Shown here piece after piece: positions 19,179 to 29,572 of a stretch of 64,000 nt of DNA; the stretch's first letter is position 1; each line of letters begins with the position of its first letter. The notes below the pieces were generated by a model. That model saw only the letters and a list, made by a program, of their open reading frames with translations. It had not been told where the DNA came from and ran no database searches. This DNA comes from an uncultured Pelagibacteraceae bacterium (GTDB lineage Bacteria; Pseudomonadota; Alphaproteobacteria; Pelagibacterales; Pelagibacteraceae): positions 8,375 to 72,374 of the forward strand of contig CACFLA010000005.1 in assembly GCA_902566975.1 (NCBI GenBank), written 5' to 3'. Both the position numbers and the translations under genes were made by a program.

Positions 19179-19346
19179 ACCAACTATGGCAAGAAGAATT
19201 ATCAGAATCCGTATTCCGAGCAAGTACCTTGTTAAGTTTTTCGACTCTTCGATATCTTTCTTTTTACCTGCACCAAATCTAATAACTAAGTAAAAAACTA
19301 GTAGAAGGACTAATAAAATGACAAGTATAATTGGTTTTGAAAACAT
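19155..19346 (-). CDS. Hypothetical 63-aa two-TM protein
   Basis: ORF with two hydrophobic helices. Third member of a tight tandem of small membrane ORFs. Overlaps the convergent DUF1289 gene by 24 nt. Confidence 0.4.
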   Translation of the reverse strand: MFSKPIILVILLVLLLVFYLVIRFGAGKKKDIEESKNLTRYLLGIRILIILLAIVGLGLWFFL

Positions 19347-19348
19347 AA

Positions 19349-19450
19349 TTAACTTGATACCATTATAATCGGTAAAAACAATCCTAATGCATACAAAAGA
19401 ATAATTATTATTGCTGCAATTATAAAGGCTCGAATAGCATTAATTTTCAT
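19349..19450 (-). CDS. Unlisted 33-aa hydrophobic peptide (MKINAIRAFIIAAIIIILLYALGLFLPIIMVSS)
   Basis: Hand translation. The ATG lies 5 nt after the upstream stop and the stop lies 2 nt before the next ATG. Single TM helix. Confidence 0.3.
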   Translation of the reverse strand: MKINAIRAFIIAAIIIILLYALGLFLPIIMVSS

Positions 19451-19455
19451 ATTAT

Positions 19456-19860
19456 TTATTTGCCATCAAATTTCATGTCTGACAAATGTAATTTTAACGC
19501 ATTTGTAGACAGGAAAATTTCAAACAAGAATAGTACTATTGATATAATCATTGATATACAACAAGTAGCAAATATCAATCTAGCTACGAATATTTTACCA
19601 AGGTACAGTCCTAGAACAGTCATCATATTAAATAAAAAACCTAAGCCAGCAGCTCCAATTGAAAATTTTAGATAATTAATTCTTCGACTTAAGTTTTTAA
19701 GTTGTTTTTCCCATTCAGGTGGAATGTGTTTTTCAAAAACATATTCGTCATGAAGTTTTCTGATTAGAGCACTCAAAGTGTGAAATCTATTACTGTAAAC
19801 TGCCATTATAAGTGGAATAGCCGGAAACATTAATGCTGTTACTGTATAATCTATATTCAT
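19456..19860 (-). CDS. DUF2721-like membrane protein
   Basis: About 130 aa: TM, amphipathic RFHTLSALIRKLHDEY segment, then two C-terminal TM helices. Family assigned from memory of this architecture. Confidence 0.5.
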   Translation of the reverse strand: MNIDYTVTALMFPAIPLIMAVYSNRFHTLSALIRKLHDEYVFEKHIPPEWEKQLKNLSRRINYLKFSIGAAGLGFLFNMMTVLGLYLGKIFVARLIFATCCISMIISIVLFLFEIFLSTNALKLHLSDMKFDGK

Positions 19861-19912
19861 TTCGAATCGGATTGATTATGTATTTAGTGTTTGATATTTA
19901 CAAGAACTATTA

Positions 19913-20779
19913 ATGTCAAAACATATTCAAAATTTCATTTATGTAACTAGGCTCAATAAACCAATTGGTTTTCTATTATTATTTTGGCCCTGTTCTTGGG
20001 GATTATCATTAGCTTTTTACTTTGATAAAAATTTTAATGTTTTCTTTTACTATTTAATTTTATTTTTTTTGGGATCAGTTTTGATGAGAAGTGCCGGTTG
20101 TATTGTAAATGATATCGTAGATGAAAAGATAGATAGGAAGGTAGAAAGAACAAAAAGTAGACCAATCGCTTCTGGAAAATTGAATAAATCTTTAGCATGG
20201 ATATATGTTTTAATTTTATGTGCACTTGCATTTTTGGTTTTGATACAATTTAATTTTTTAACTATATCACTTGGTGCGTTTTCCATGTTATTTGCATTTA
20301 GTTATCCTTTTATGAAAAGATTCACTTATTGGCCTCAATTATTTTTGGGATTTACTTTTAATTGGGGGATTATTATGGCTTGGGCCGCTATTATGAATGA
20401 TATTACATATTTGCCCATACTTCTTTATTTAGGGGCCATATTTTGGACACTAGGATATGACACGATTTATGGAGTACAAGATATTTCGGATGACGAAGTG
20501 ATTGGGGTAAAATCTACAGCAATAAAATTTAAAAATAATCTAAACTTTTTTGTAATAAGTTGTTATTCCTTAAGTTCGGTGGCGATTATGTTGGTTATGT
20601 TTAATTTAAATTTCAATTATTCATTAATTTTTTTAGGATTTTTTGTATTAACATTAATATATCAAATCAAAATTTTTAAAATAAGAAAACCTTCAAATTG
20701 TTTAAAAGCATTTAAAATTAATAATTGGTCTGGGTTAATGATTTTTCTAAGTTTTTTCTTTTTAAATTTTAGCATCTAA
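19913..20779 (+). CDS. ubiA: 4-hydroxybenzoate polyprenyltransferase
   Basis: NDIVDEKIDRKVERTKSRPIASG and YDTIYGVQDISDD motifs. Confidence 0.9.
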   Translation: MSKHIQNFIYVTRLNKPIGFLLLFWPCSWGLSLAFYFDKNFNVFFYYLILFFLGSVLMRSAGCIVNDIVDEKIDRKVERTKSRPIASGKLNKSLAWIYVLILCALAFLVLIQFNFLTISLGAFSMLFAFSYPFMKRFTYWPQLFLGFTFNWGIIMAWAAIMNDITYLPILLYLGAIFWTLGYDTIYGVQDISDDEVIGVKSTAIKFKNNLNFFVISCYSLSSVAIMLVMFNLNFNYSLIFLGFFVLTLIYQIKIFKIRKPSNCLKAFKINNWSGLMIFLSFFFLNFSI

Positions 20780-22524
20780 TGAAAATAAACGAAGTTATAA
20801 TTATTGTTAAGAGACTTTATAGAGAATATATAAAAAAATACATAAGTAGATTAATTGTAGCTATAATACTTTCAGTAATTGTTGCCGGATCAACTTCAGC
20901 TATTGCGTGGTTGCTAGATCCTGCAGTAAAAAAAATCTTTATCGAACAAAACAAAACCTATGCAATTTTTATTCCAATTGTTATAGTTTTTGCCTTTGCA
21001 GGCAAAGGTATTTCTTTATACTTTGCAAGGTCTATTGTTATAGTTCTGGGAAATAGAATAAAACAGCGTTTACAAAATAAAATGACTGACAATATACTTT
21101 TGTCAGATTCTCAAACAATAGAAGCAAAACATTCTGGAAAGTATATATCGACATTTTTATATGATGTCGCAATGGTTCAAGAATTGGTAAGCACTGGTGT
21201 TTTAAACATAATGAAGGATAGCTTAACTCTTATAACCTTGATTTGTTTGATGTTTTACCAAAATTGGAAATTAGCAATATTTTCTTTAGTCATGATGCCA
21301 TTGGCAGCGATAGTTGCTAAATCTTTAGGAAAAAGAATGGGTAAAGCCACAACTAAAAGTGTTATTTCTTCTGGAAATTTTACTACATTAATTTCAGAAA
21401 TATTAAAAAGTTCAAAAATAATAAAAATTTACCAAAGAGAAGAATTTGAAAAAAAAAGAAGCTCTGATGCAATTCAAGATTTGACCGACACACAAATTAA
21501 AATTGGAAAAGTTCAAATTAGAGCAGCTCCAATTATGGAAACTTTAACAGGTTTTATGATTGCAGGTTTTATTTATTACGCAGGACTATTGATTGCTCAA
21601 GGTGAGATTGGCATAAATAACTTTTTTTCATTTTTAGCTGCAATGATGCTTGCATACCAGCCAGTTAGGTCTTTAGCTACAGTAAACATGCTTGTGTATC
21701 AAGGTGCTGCGGCTGCAGATAGAGTTTTTCAAATTATAGATAGAGAAATACAAATTAAAGACGATGAAAATTTACCTAAAATTAAAATTAGTAAATCAAA
21801 TATTAAATTTGATGATGTAAGTTTCAAGTATAGTACCGGTAAAGATAAAGCGATAAGAAATATTAGTATTGATATTGAAGGAGAAAAAATCACTGCTTTA
21901 GTTGGTCACAGCGGCGCTGGTAAAAGTACGATATTAAATTTAATACCAAGATTTTATGAACCTCAGGGAGGTAAAATATTATTAGATGGTCAGCAAATTA
22001 ATAAAGTATCTCTAAGATCTTTAAGAGATAAAATTTCATTGGTAAGTCAAGATGTTATACTTTTTGATGATAGTGTTGAAAATAATATTAAGTACGCAAA
22101 ATTAGATGCTACTGATAATGAGATTAAAGAAGCTTGTAAACTTGCAGCTGCGGATGAGTTTATAGATAAGCTTCCAAATAAATACAAAACTTTAATAGGG
22201 GAAAATGCAGTTAGACTCTCAGGTGGTCAAAAACAAAGAATATCAATTGCAAGAGCAATTTTAAAAAATTCACCTATAATCTTACTTGATGAAGCAACTT
22301 CGTCCTTAGACGCTGAGTCTGAAGAAAAAGTACAAAATGCTATTTTTAATCTTACAAAAAATAGAACAACATTAGTTATTGCTCATAGATTATCTACTAT
22401 AAACAAAGCAAACAAAATAATTCTTATGAAAGAGGGAACGGTTTTAAAATCTGGAACTCACAGCGAACTTTTAAAAAATTCACCTGAATATGAAAGTCTT
22501 TATAGCAAACAAATGTTGCATTAA
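20779..22524 (+). CDS. msbA: Lipid A export ABC transporter (fused permease/ATPase)
   Basis: Six-TM domain plus NBD (GHSGAGKST, LSGGQKQR, ILLDEATS). Directly upstream of waaA-lpxK-lpxL. Confidence 0.85.
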   Translation: MKINEVIIIVKRLYREYIKKYISRLIVAIILSVIVAGSTSAIAWLLDPAVKKIFIEQNKTYAIFIPIVIVFAFAGKGISLYFARSIVIVLGNRIKQRLQNKMTDNILLSDSQTIEAKHSGKYISTFLYDVAMVQELVSTGVLNIMKDSLTLITLICLMFYQNWKLAIFSLVMMPLAAIVAKSLGKRMGKATTKSVISSGNFTTLISEILKSSKIIKIYQREEFEKKRSSDAIQDLTDTQIKIGKVQIRAAPIMETLTGFMIAGFIYYAGLLIAQGEIGINNFFSFLAAMMLAYQPVRSLATVNMLVYQGAAAADRVFQIIDREIQIKDDENLPKIKISKSNIKFDDVSFKYSTGKDKAIRNISIDIEGEKITALVGHSGAGKSTILNLIPRFYEPQGGKILLDGQQINKVSLRSLRDKISLVSQDVILFDDSVENNIKYAKLDATDNEIKEACKLAAADEFIDKLPNKYKTLIGENAVRLSGGQKQRISIARAILKNSPIILLDEATSSLDAESEEKVQNAIFNLTKNRTTLVIAHRLSTINKANKIILMKEGTVLKSGTHSELLKNSPEYESLYSKQMLH

Positions 22525-22526
22525 AC

Positions 22527-23792
22527 ATGCTTATAATTTTATATAAATTTTTAATATTTATTTTCTATTTACCTTATATTGTTTTAATTTTTTTAAGAAA
22601 ATTAATTAAAAAGGAACATCCACACAAATATAAAGAAAAGATATTTTTAAACAAAATAATAAGACCAAAAGGTTTTCTTATTTGGTTTCATGCTGCTAGT
22701 ATTGGAGAACTTAAAAGTATTTTGCCTTTGGTTGAATATTATTTAAAACAAAATCCTAATAGTTACTTTCTTATTACAACTGTTACCTTAAGTTCTTATA
22801 ATGAATTTAAAAGAAGATTTAATTCTAATAAAAGAGTTTTTCATCAATTTATGCCTTATGATTTCAATTTCTTAATAGAAAATTTTTTTAAAAACTGGCG
22901 CCCAGACATAGCATCGTTTGTGGACTCTGAGATTTGGCCTAATTTTATACTAAAAATTAATAAAGAAAAAATACCATTGATATTACTTAATGCTCGAATA
23001 ACAAAAAAAAGTTTCCAAAGATGGAAGGTTTTGGGTAAATCTACTAAAAAAATTTTCGGTTGCTTTTCATCTTGTATCTCATCAAGCACAATTACTTCGC
23101 AGTACTTAAATACTCTTGGTGCGCAAAATATTAAATTTTATGGAAATATAAAATTTTGTTCATCAATAGAGAAAGATTCAAATAATAAAAATCAATTTAA
23201 TAATATCACTAAACGTAAAGTTTGGTGTGCCTTAAGCACACATTTTGATGAGGAAAACTTATGTGCTAAAACCCATTTAATAGCAAAAAAAAAAGTAGAA
23301 AATATTCTCACAATTATTATTCCAAGACATATTCATAGAATTAACAAAATTTATTCAAATTTGAGAAATTTAGGCCTTGAGGTGCAGATTAAAGAGGAGA
23401 TAGATGATATTAATAATTTTGCAGATGTAATTTTAGTTAATTATTATGGATCTGTTAATAAATATTTAAAAAACATAAATCAAATTTTCATAGGAAAATC
23501 TACAATTGAGAAATTTGAAAATAGTGGAGGCCAAAATCCTTTGGATGCAGCAAAAATAGGATGTCATATTTATCATGGTCCGTACGTATCTAACTTTGAT
23601 GATATTTATAAATTTTTAGACAACATTGGAATATCTGAAGAAATAACTAAAGCAGACGATCTTGCGAATAAATTAGAAAAAAATTTTAAAAAAAACTTAG
23701 AGATAAATAGTGAGAAAATAGAGAGAATTAATACTTTTAGTAATGAAATTTTTAAAAATTTAATTAATGAGTATAACAAATACATCAAATGA
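22527..23792 (+). CDS. waaA: 3-deoxy-D-manno-octulosonic acid (Kdo) transferase
   Basis: WFHAASIGE motif, size and context. Confidence 0.85.
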   Translation: MLIILYKFLIFIFYLPYIVLIFLRKLIKKEHPHKYKEKIFLNKIIRPKGFLIWFHAASIGELKSILPLVEYYLKQNPNSYFLITTVTLSSYNEFKRRFNSNKRVFHQFMPYDFNFLIENFFKNWRPDIASFVDSEIWPNFILKINKEKIPLILLNARITKKSFQRWKVLGKSTKKIFGCFSSCISSSTITSQYLNTLGAQNIKFYGNIKFCSSIEKDSNNKNQFNNITKRKVWCALSTHFDEENLCAKTHLIAKKKVENILTIIIPRHIHRINKIYSNLRNLGLEVQIKEEIDDINNFADVILVNYYGSVNKYLKNINQIFIGKSTIEKFENSGGQNPLDAAKIGCHIYHGPYVSNFDDIYKFLDNIGISEEITKADDLANKLEKNFKKNLEINSEKIERINTFSNEIFKNLINEYNKYIK

Positions 23793-24721
23793 AAATCTTA
23801 AAACCTAAATTTTGGGATCAGAATTATTTTACTTTTTTTTCCATACTTCTGTTACCTATTACTTTCTTGTATAGTTTAATAATCTTTTTAAGAAAAAAAT
23901 TAGTCTCACAAAAGAAGTTCCCTATTTCTGTGATCTGCGTTGGAAATATATATATTGGGGGAACTGGTAAAACACCAGTTTCAATAGAAATTTGTAAATT
24001 TTTAAAAGAGTTTGATCAAAATCCAGTTGTTATAAAAAAAAAATATCCAGATCAGGATGATGAAATTCATCTCTTAAAAAAATATAGCAAAGTTTTAGTT
24101 GCAAAAAAAAGATCGGAAGCAATAAATAAAGCAATTGAAAAAAAATATAATTTTGCTGTGTTAGATGATGGATATCAAGATCAAAGTATTAAAAAAGATT
24201 TAAGTATTATATGTTTTCATGAAAATCAAAAAGTGGGAAATGGATTAACAATTCCATCAGGTCCATTAAGAGAAAGTTTAAAAGAATTAAAAAATTGTCA
24301 AATTATTTTGGTTAATGGTAAGAAAGATTTAGAATTCGAACTTAAATTAAAACGATTCAATTCAGATATTGAATTTTTTTATTATAATTATTATCCAAAA
24401 AATATCGAAAGTTATAAAAATAAAAAGCTAATAGCATTTGCAGGGATTGGTAATCCCGAAAATTTTTTTTACTTACTAAAACAGAATCATTTAAACATTG
24501 TAAAAGAAGTATCTTATCCAGATCATTACTCTTTGGATGAGAAAGAATTAGATAAATTAAATAAATTTGAGAAAATATATAATGCAAAATTAGTAACCAC
24601 AGAAAAAGATTTTATGAGGATGAACCCATTTATAAGAAAAAAATATGATTTTATAAAAGTTGGGATTAAATTTGAAAATGAAGATAAATTTAAAAAAAAA
24701 TTAAAAGAATTAATTAAATGA
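23789..24721 (+). CDS. lpxK: Tetraacyldisaccharide 4'-kinase
   Basis: VGNIYIGGTGKTP P-loop and LDDGYQ motif. Confidence 0.88.
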   Translation: MKILKPKFWDQNYFTFFSILLLPITFLYSLIIFLRKKLVSQKKFPISVICVGNIYIGGTGKTPVSIEICKFLKEFDQNPVVIKKKYPDQDDEIHLLKKYSKVLVAKKRSEAINKAIEKKYNFAVLDDGYQDQSIKKDLSIICFHENQKVGNGLTIPSGPLRESLKELKNCQIILVNGKKDLEFELKLKRFNSDIEFFYYNYYPKNIESYKNKKLIAFAGIGNPENFFYLLKQNHLNIVKEVSYPDHYSLDEKELDKLNKFEKIYNAKLVTTEKDFMRMNPFIRKKYDFIKVGIKFENEDKFKKKLKELIK

Positions 24722-25593
24722 AGACTATTAAATATATTTTTGAGGCTATATTTATTTATTTTATATTTTTATTAATCAAAGTAGTTGGTATAAAAATAGG
24801 AAGGAAAATCTCTTCAATTATAATATTAAATTGTGGATCTATTTTTAGATCAAAAAAAATTATAAATGAAAATATCACTAAAGCTTTAGGTAACATTTCT
24901 GAAATTGAAAAAAAAAATATAACAAACTCAATGTGGAAAAATTATGGATATACTTTTGCAGAGTATTTGTTTATGAAAAAATTTCGCTTAAATAAATTTT
25001 CAAAATCACACATTTCAATTAAAGGAAAAGATAAGCTAGATGAAATAATTCAATCTGGAAAACAAGCTATTTTTGTTTCAGGGCATTTTGCAAATTTTGA
25101 ACTTATGGCAATGGAATTAGAAAAAAATAAAATAAATCTTGCGGCAATTTACCGACCTCTTAATAATTATTTTATAAACCCATTTATGGTCTCAATTAGA
25201 AAAAAATATATTTGTAAAAATCAAATTAAGAAAGGCGTGGCTGGAACTAAGGAAGTAATAGGATTTATGAAAAAAAAACACAGTATTGCATTAATGGTAG
25301 ACCAAAGACTTGGTGAGTCTGACAGATATCCTTTTTTTAATATACCTGCACACACAACTACATTGCCAGCACAATTAGCTTTAAAATTTAATTGTAATAT
25401 TATTCCCATTTATTTGAAGAGAGTTAATGAAGATTTTTTTGAAATGGAAATTTTAAATCCAATAAATATTAAAAAAACAGGAATACCCGAGAATGATAAA
25501 AAACTTATAACAATTCAAATTAATCAAGTTATTGAAGATATGGTAAAAAGAAATCCTGGCCAATGGATTTGGACACATGGCAGGTGGAAATAA
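24718..25593 (+). CDS. lpxL: Lipid A biosynthesis late acyltransferase (HtrB/MsbB family)
   Basis: N-terminal TM, SGHFANFE (HX4E-type) motif, C-terminal PGQWIWTHGRWK. Confidence 0.75.
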   Translation: MKTIKYIFEAIFIYFIFLLIKVVGIKIGRKISSIIILNCGSIFRSKKIINENITKALGNISEIEKKNITNSMWKNYGYTFAEYLFMKKFRLNKFSKSHISIKGKDKLDEIIQSGKQAIFVSGHFANFELMAMELEKNKINLAAIYRPLNNYFINPFMVSIRKKYICKNQIKKGVAGTKEVIGFMKKKHSIALMVDQRLGESDRYPFFNIPAHTTTLPAQLALKFNCNIIPIYLKRVNEDFFEMEILNPINIKKTGIPENDKKLITIQINQVIEDMVKRNPGQWIWTHGRWK

Positions 25594-25794
25594 TTATTTT
25601 TTAAATTTTAGTTTTTCAAATCTTATTTTTACCTCTTTGGGAGAGAAGTAAGCCTCTTGCAACTCTACGTTCCAATATTCTAAATCCTTTAGAGGTATAT
25701 TTTTTCCTGAAACTGCACATTCTACGTAATCTCCATTCTCTAAAACTTCAAAAGTATTGGGTCCAAATTTTAGTTTTGCTTTATTCTTGTTCAT
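25594..25794 (-). CDS. DUF2093-family small protein
   Basis: FEVLENGDYVECAVSGKNIPLKDLEYWNVELQEAY pattern, recalled as alphaproteobacterial DUF2093. Confidence 0.55.
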   Translation of the reverse strand: MNKNKAKLKFGPNTFEVLENGDYVECAVSGKNIPLKDLEYWNVELQEAYFSPKEVKIRFEKLKFKK

Positions 25795-25831
25795 GCTAGT
25801 TATAGAATTAATAATCTTAAATTAATATTAT

Positions 25832-27099
25832 ATGAATTTAGCTATTATAGGAAGTGGTGGTAGAGAACACTCAATCTGTTATAAATTAAAACAATCCCAT
25901 AAAATCAATAAATTAATTTGTATTCCTGGAAATGCTGGTACACAAGCCTTAGCAGAAAATATCAATATTGATATTAAAAACTTTAAGGAAATTCTTAAAA
26001 TAATTAAAATTAAAAATATAGATATTGTCGTAATTGGACCAGAAGAGCCTTTGGTAAATGGTATTGTAGACTTTTTAAATAAAGAAGGAGTGAAAGTTTT
26101 AGGTCCAGATAAATTTGCTTCTAAACTTGAGGGCTCCAAAGCATTTATGAAAGATTTATGTAAAAAAAATAATATACCAACTGCAAAATTCGGAGTATTT
26201 GAGGATTACGATAGTGCAGTTCATTTTCTAGAAAGTAATAAAACACCCATAGTTGTTAAAGCCGATGGTTTGGCTGCAGGAAAAGGTGTTTCAATTTGTA
26301 ATAATATAGAAGAGGCCAAAAATAAGATAAAGGAAATAATGGATGGAAAGTTTAAATCATCTAAGAAAGTAGTTTTAGAAGAATTTTTGGAGGGAGAGGA
26401 ATTAAGTTACTTTGTTATATCAGACAATAATTGTTACAAATTTTTTGGATCAGCTCAAGATCATAAAAAAGTTGGTGAGGGGGATGTTGGTCCAAATACA
26501 GGTGGTATGGGAGCTTATTCACCTTCAAATTTATTAAATGATGAACTTGAAAATAAAATAAAAAAAAAATAATTGAACCTACGCTCAAAGAAATGAAAAA
26601 TTTGGGCCATCCATACACAGGTTTTCTCTATGCAGGATTGATGATTTCAAATGGTGAACCGTATTTGATTGAGTACAATATAAGAATGGGAGATCCAGAA
26701 TGCCAAGTTTTAATGATGAGGTTAAAAACTGATTTGTTAGAAATTTTAGATTTAGTAACAAAAAATGAATTAAAAAAAGTAAATATTGAGTGGTATGATG
26801 ACAATGCTATTACAGTAGTTTTATGTGCAAAGGGTTATCCGGGGAACTATATTAAAAATAGCGAAATTAAAAATATTGATAAAGTTGAGACTGATAAAAA
26901 TAATCAAGTCTTTCATGCTGGCACATACAATAAAGATAATAGAGTTTTTTCCAGTGGAGGAAGAGTGTTAAATATAACCTCAAAAGCAAACAAACTAAAA
27001 TCAGCAAGAGATAAATCCTTAGAAAATTTAAAAAAAATATCTTGGATTGATGGTTTTTTTAGAAGGGATATTGCCTGGAGAGCAATTAATAAAAAATGA
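25832..27099 (+). pseudogene. purD: Phosphoribosylamine-glycine ligase split into two ORFs (25832-26572 and 26593-27099) by a frameshift in an A10 tract
   Basis: The N-part ends ...GGMGAYSPSNLLNDELENKIKKK*. The other frame continues IIEPTLKEMKNLGHPYTGFLYAGLM..., collinear with PurD. Both frames are open only across 26557-26569, which holds the A10 run at 26560-26569. Confidence 0.9.
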
Positions 27100-27656
27100 G
27101 AATAATAAGTGGAAATTTTAAAAATAAAAAATTAAATTTTCCTAAAAGTCTAAAAACTAGGCCTTTAAAGGACAATGTGAAAGAAAATATTTTTAATATA
27201 ATTGAGCATTCGAATAAAATTGACGTAAAAATAAAAAATTCACAGGTTTTAGATTTATATGCAGGCGTAGGATCTTTTGGTTTAGAATGTGTTTCACGAG
27301 GTGCTAAAAAAATTTCTTTTGTTGAAAATGACAAAGTTGCGTTAACAAATTTAAAAATGAATATTGTCTCATTAAAGGTTGAGCAACAAACAAGTATATA
27401 TTCATTAAATATAATTAATTTTTTTAAAGATATAAAATCATTAAGTAAATTTGATATAGTATTTTTGGATCCACCATATAAAAACAAAGATTTTCATAAT
27501 TTTTTAGAAATTTTAAAAAATAAGTTTTTAAGTAAAAAGCATATAGTGCTCATACACAGAGAAAAAAACTCTGATAACAACGTTGTAAAAAAATTTAGTA
27601 TTGTTGAAAATAAAATTTATGGACGATCAGAGATCTTCTTTCTAAAACTTTTTTAG
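27096..27656 (+). CDS. rsmD: 16S rRNA (guanine966-N2)-methyltransferase
   Basis: MRIISG..., LDLYAGVGSFGLE, FLDPPY motifs. Confidence 0.85.
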   Translation: MRIISGNFKNKKLNFPKSLKTRPLKDNVKENIFNIIEHSNKIDVKIKNSQVLDLYAGVGSFGLECVSRGAKKISFVENDKVALTNLKMNIVSLKVEQQTSIYSLNIINFFKDIKSLSKFDIVFLDPPYKNKDFHNFLEILKNKFLSKKHIVLIHREKNSDNNVVKKFSIVENKIYGRSEIFFLKLF

Positions 27657-28766
27657 TTTAAGAAACTTCTTGGTTAATATTTTTACTTGCTCAACTGCTG
27701 GTTGATCAAAAGGATTAATATTCATAATTTTTCCAAGTAAAATTGTTTCAATGATAAAAGACAAAAATAATTTCCCTAAGTTGTCCTCATCAAATTTTTT
27801 TATCTTTATTTCTCTAAAAACAATTTTTTTCGATTTAAGAGCACTTAAAAAAGCATTTTTTTGTGAATTTATTATTGTGTTATACTTTTTTTTATTAAGG
27901 TGCTGCATTCCTTGATCGAAAAATGTAGATTTAGTCTTAATACTTGATTTTTTTTCTGAACTGAAGACATAAAAAATTTTGTCTTTAGGTCCATCCAAAT
28001 AGAGTTGTAATAAACTGTGATGATCTTTTGGAGCATTAGAAATTACCGGAATAAATCCTTTTTGATTTTTACCTAAACTTTCTGCGAAAAGTTGTTGAGC
28101 CCATAACAAAAAATCATTTAACTCTGGAATATAATTGAAGAAAATAAGAATATTTTTTTTTTTTGATTTGAATTTTTTAATCAAATTTAATGATTTAGAT
28201 AAAAACTTTTTATTATTTGTTAATTTTCTTAAATTTTTTTTAAAATGTTCAATTTTAAGATCCATTAAATAAGCCGGTAACATTCCAACATTAGATAACA
28301 CTGAGTATCTACCACCAATAAGTTTATTATGATTAACAAAAAAATGTTTATTTTTAATAGCAATCTTTCTAAGGAAGTTGTCTCTATTCTCAGCTAAAAT
28401 AATTGTATTGTTATGTTTTAAGAAATTTTTTAAAAAATACATATTTAAAATTGTTTCGTCAGTATTTCCAGATTTAGAAATAATTAAAAAAAGGCTTTTA
28501 GATAGGTTTCTATTTTTCTTTATTTGCTTTAAATAATTCTCATCGAGGTTGTCGAGAAAAATAAGTTTCTTTTTTATTTTATGTTTTAAGAATGAATAAA
28601 TAGCCTTTGTTCCTAGTATAGAGCCACCCATTCCAATAATAACAATAGTCTTATATTTTTTAAAGTTGCTGTACTTTGCATCAAATTTAATATCTGAAAT
28701 CATGTGTTTAAATAAAATACTATTTTCCTTAAGCACTTCCTGGATAATTTTTGTATTAGATGGCAT
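27642..28766 (-). CDS. pgi: Glucose-6-phosphate isomerase (short form)
   Basis: IGMGGSILG, ISKSGNTDET, GGRYSVLSNVG, NPFDQPAVE motifs. Confidence 0.8.
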   Translation of the reverse strand: MPSNTKIIQEVLKENSILFKHMISDIKFDAKYSNFKKYKTIVIIGMGGSILGTKAIYSFLKHKIKKKLIFLDNLDENYLKQIKKNRNLSKSLFLIISKSGNTDETILNMYFLKNFLKHNNTIILAENRDNFLRKIAIKNKHFFVNHNKLIGGRYSVLSNVGMLPAYLMDLKIEHFKKNLRKLTNNKKFLSKSLNLIKKFKSKKKNILIFFNYIPELNDFLLWAQQLFAESLGKNQKGFIPVISNAPKDHHSLLQLYLDGPKDKIFYVFSSEKKSSIKTKSTFFDQGMQHLNKKKYNTIINSQKNAFLSALKSKKIVFREIKIKKFDEDNLGKLFLSFIIETILLGKIMNINPFDQPAVEQVKILTKKFLKLKKF

Positions 28767-28769
28767 AAA

Positions 28770-29084
28770 TTATTTTTTTAATTCTCTTAAGATCATGTTT
28801 TCTAGATCAGATGACGCCTTTGTTTCATTTTTGGTATTATCATCTGATCTCAAAATATTTTCAATTGAATCTTCCTGAGATTTTTTTTTATTTGATTTTG
28901 GTAAAGGAAGTTCTCCATACTCTGGGGGTAAAACAAGCGGATCCTTTTTTTTGATTAAAAATTCATCTGTATTAGTAGTTTTTTGTCCGGTCATAGTTTT
29001 TTTAAAATCACCCCAACCCCCACCACAATTTATTAAAAAAATAAAAAGTTTAAGATAAATTAATATTTTTAAAAATTTGCTCAT
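28770..29084 (-). CDS. Small lipoprotein (DUF3035-like)
   Basis: Lipobox FLINC after a signal peptide. DEFLIKKKDPLVLPPEYGELPLP segment. Sits next to lspA. Confidence 0.55.
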   Translation of the reverse strand: MSKFLKILIYLKLFIFLINCGGGWGDFKKTMTGQKTTNTDEFLIKKKDPLVLPPEYGELPLPKSNKKKSQEDSIENILRSDDNTKNETKASSDLENMILRELKK

Positions 29085-29572
29085 AGATTTTGTTTATAAA
29101 ATAATTCTTTAATAATCATTAAAAATATTCCTATAGAAATAAAAATGTCTGCTAGATTAAATGTGAACCAGTGATAAGACTCAATATGAAAATCGATAAA
29201 GTCTGCAACTGCAAAATAACTAAGTCTATCAAATAAGTTTCCAACCGCCCCACCAATAATTAGTGCAAATAAAATTTTTCCAAGTGAGTCTGATTTAACC
29301 ATCAGATAAATTAAATAAATAATTATTGTCAAAATTAAGATTGATATTAAATGATAAACTGTTGTAGCATTAAAACTTAATAATCCAAATGCTATACCCC
29401 TGTTCCAATTTAAAGTAATATTCAAATAATCATTTATAAAGAGTTCGCTTTGATTCTTTTCGATAAGGTTGATTACATATACTTTTGAAAGTCTATCTAA
29501 ACCAAAAGTAAGAATTATTATTATGAAACTAAAAATATCAAATTTTTTTACTTTTATTTTATTTTGCAACAT
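29081..29572 (-). CDS. lspA: Lipoprotein signal peptidase II (start trimmed to MLQNKIK)
   Basis: NRGIAFG and GGAVGNLFDR motifs. The listed start at 29620 would overlap ileS by 62 nt; the Met at 29572 overlaps it by 14 nt. Confidence 0.85.
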   Translation of the reverse strand: MLQNKIKVKKFDIFSFIIIILTFGLDRLSKVYVINLIEKNQSELFINDYLNITLNWNRGIAFGLLSFNATTVYHLISILILTIIIYLIYLMVKSDSLGKILFALIIGGAVGNLFDRLSYFAVADFIDFHIESYHWFTFNLADIFISIGIFLMIIKELFYKQNL

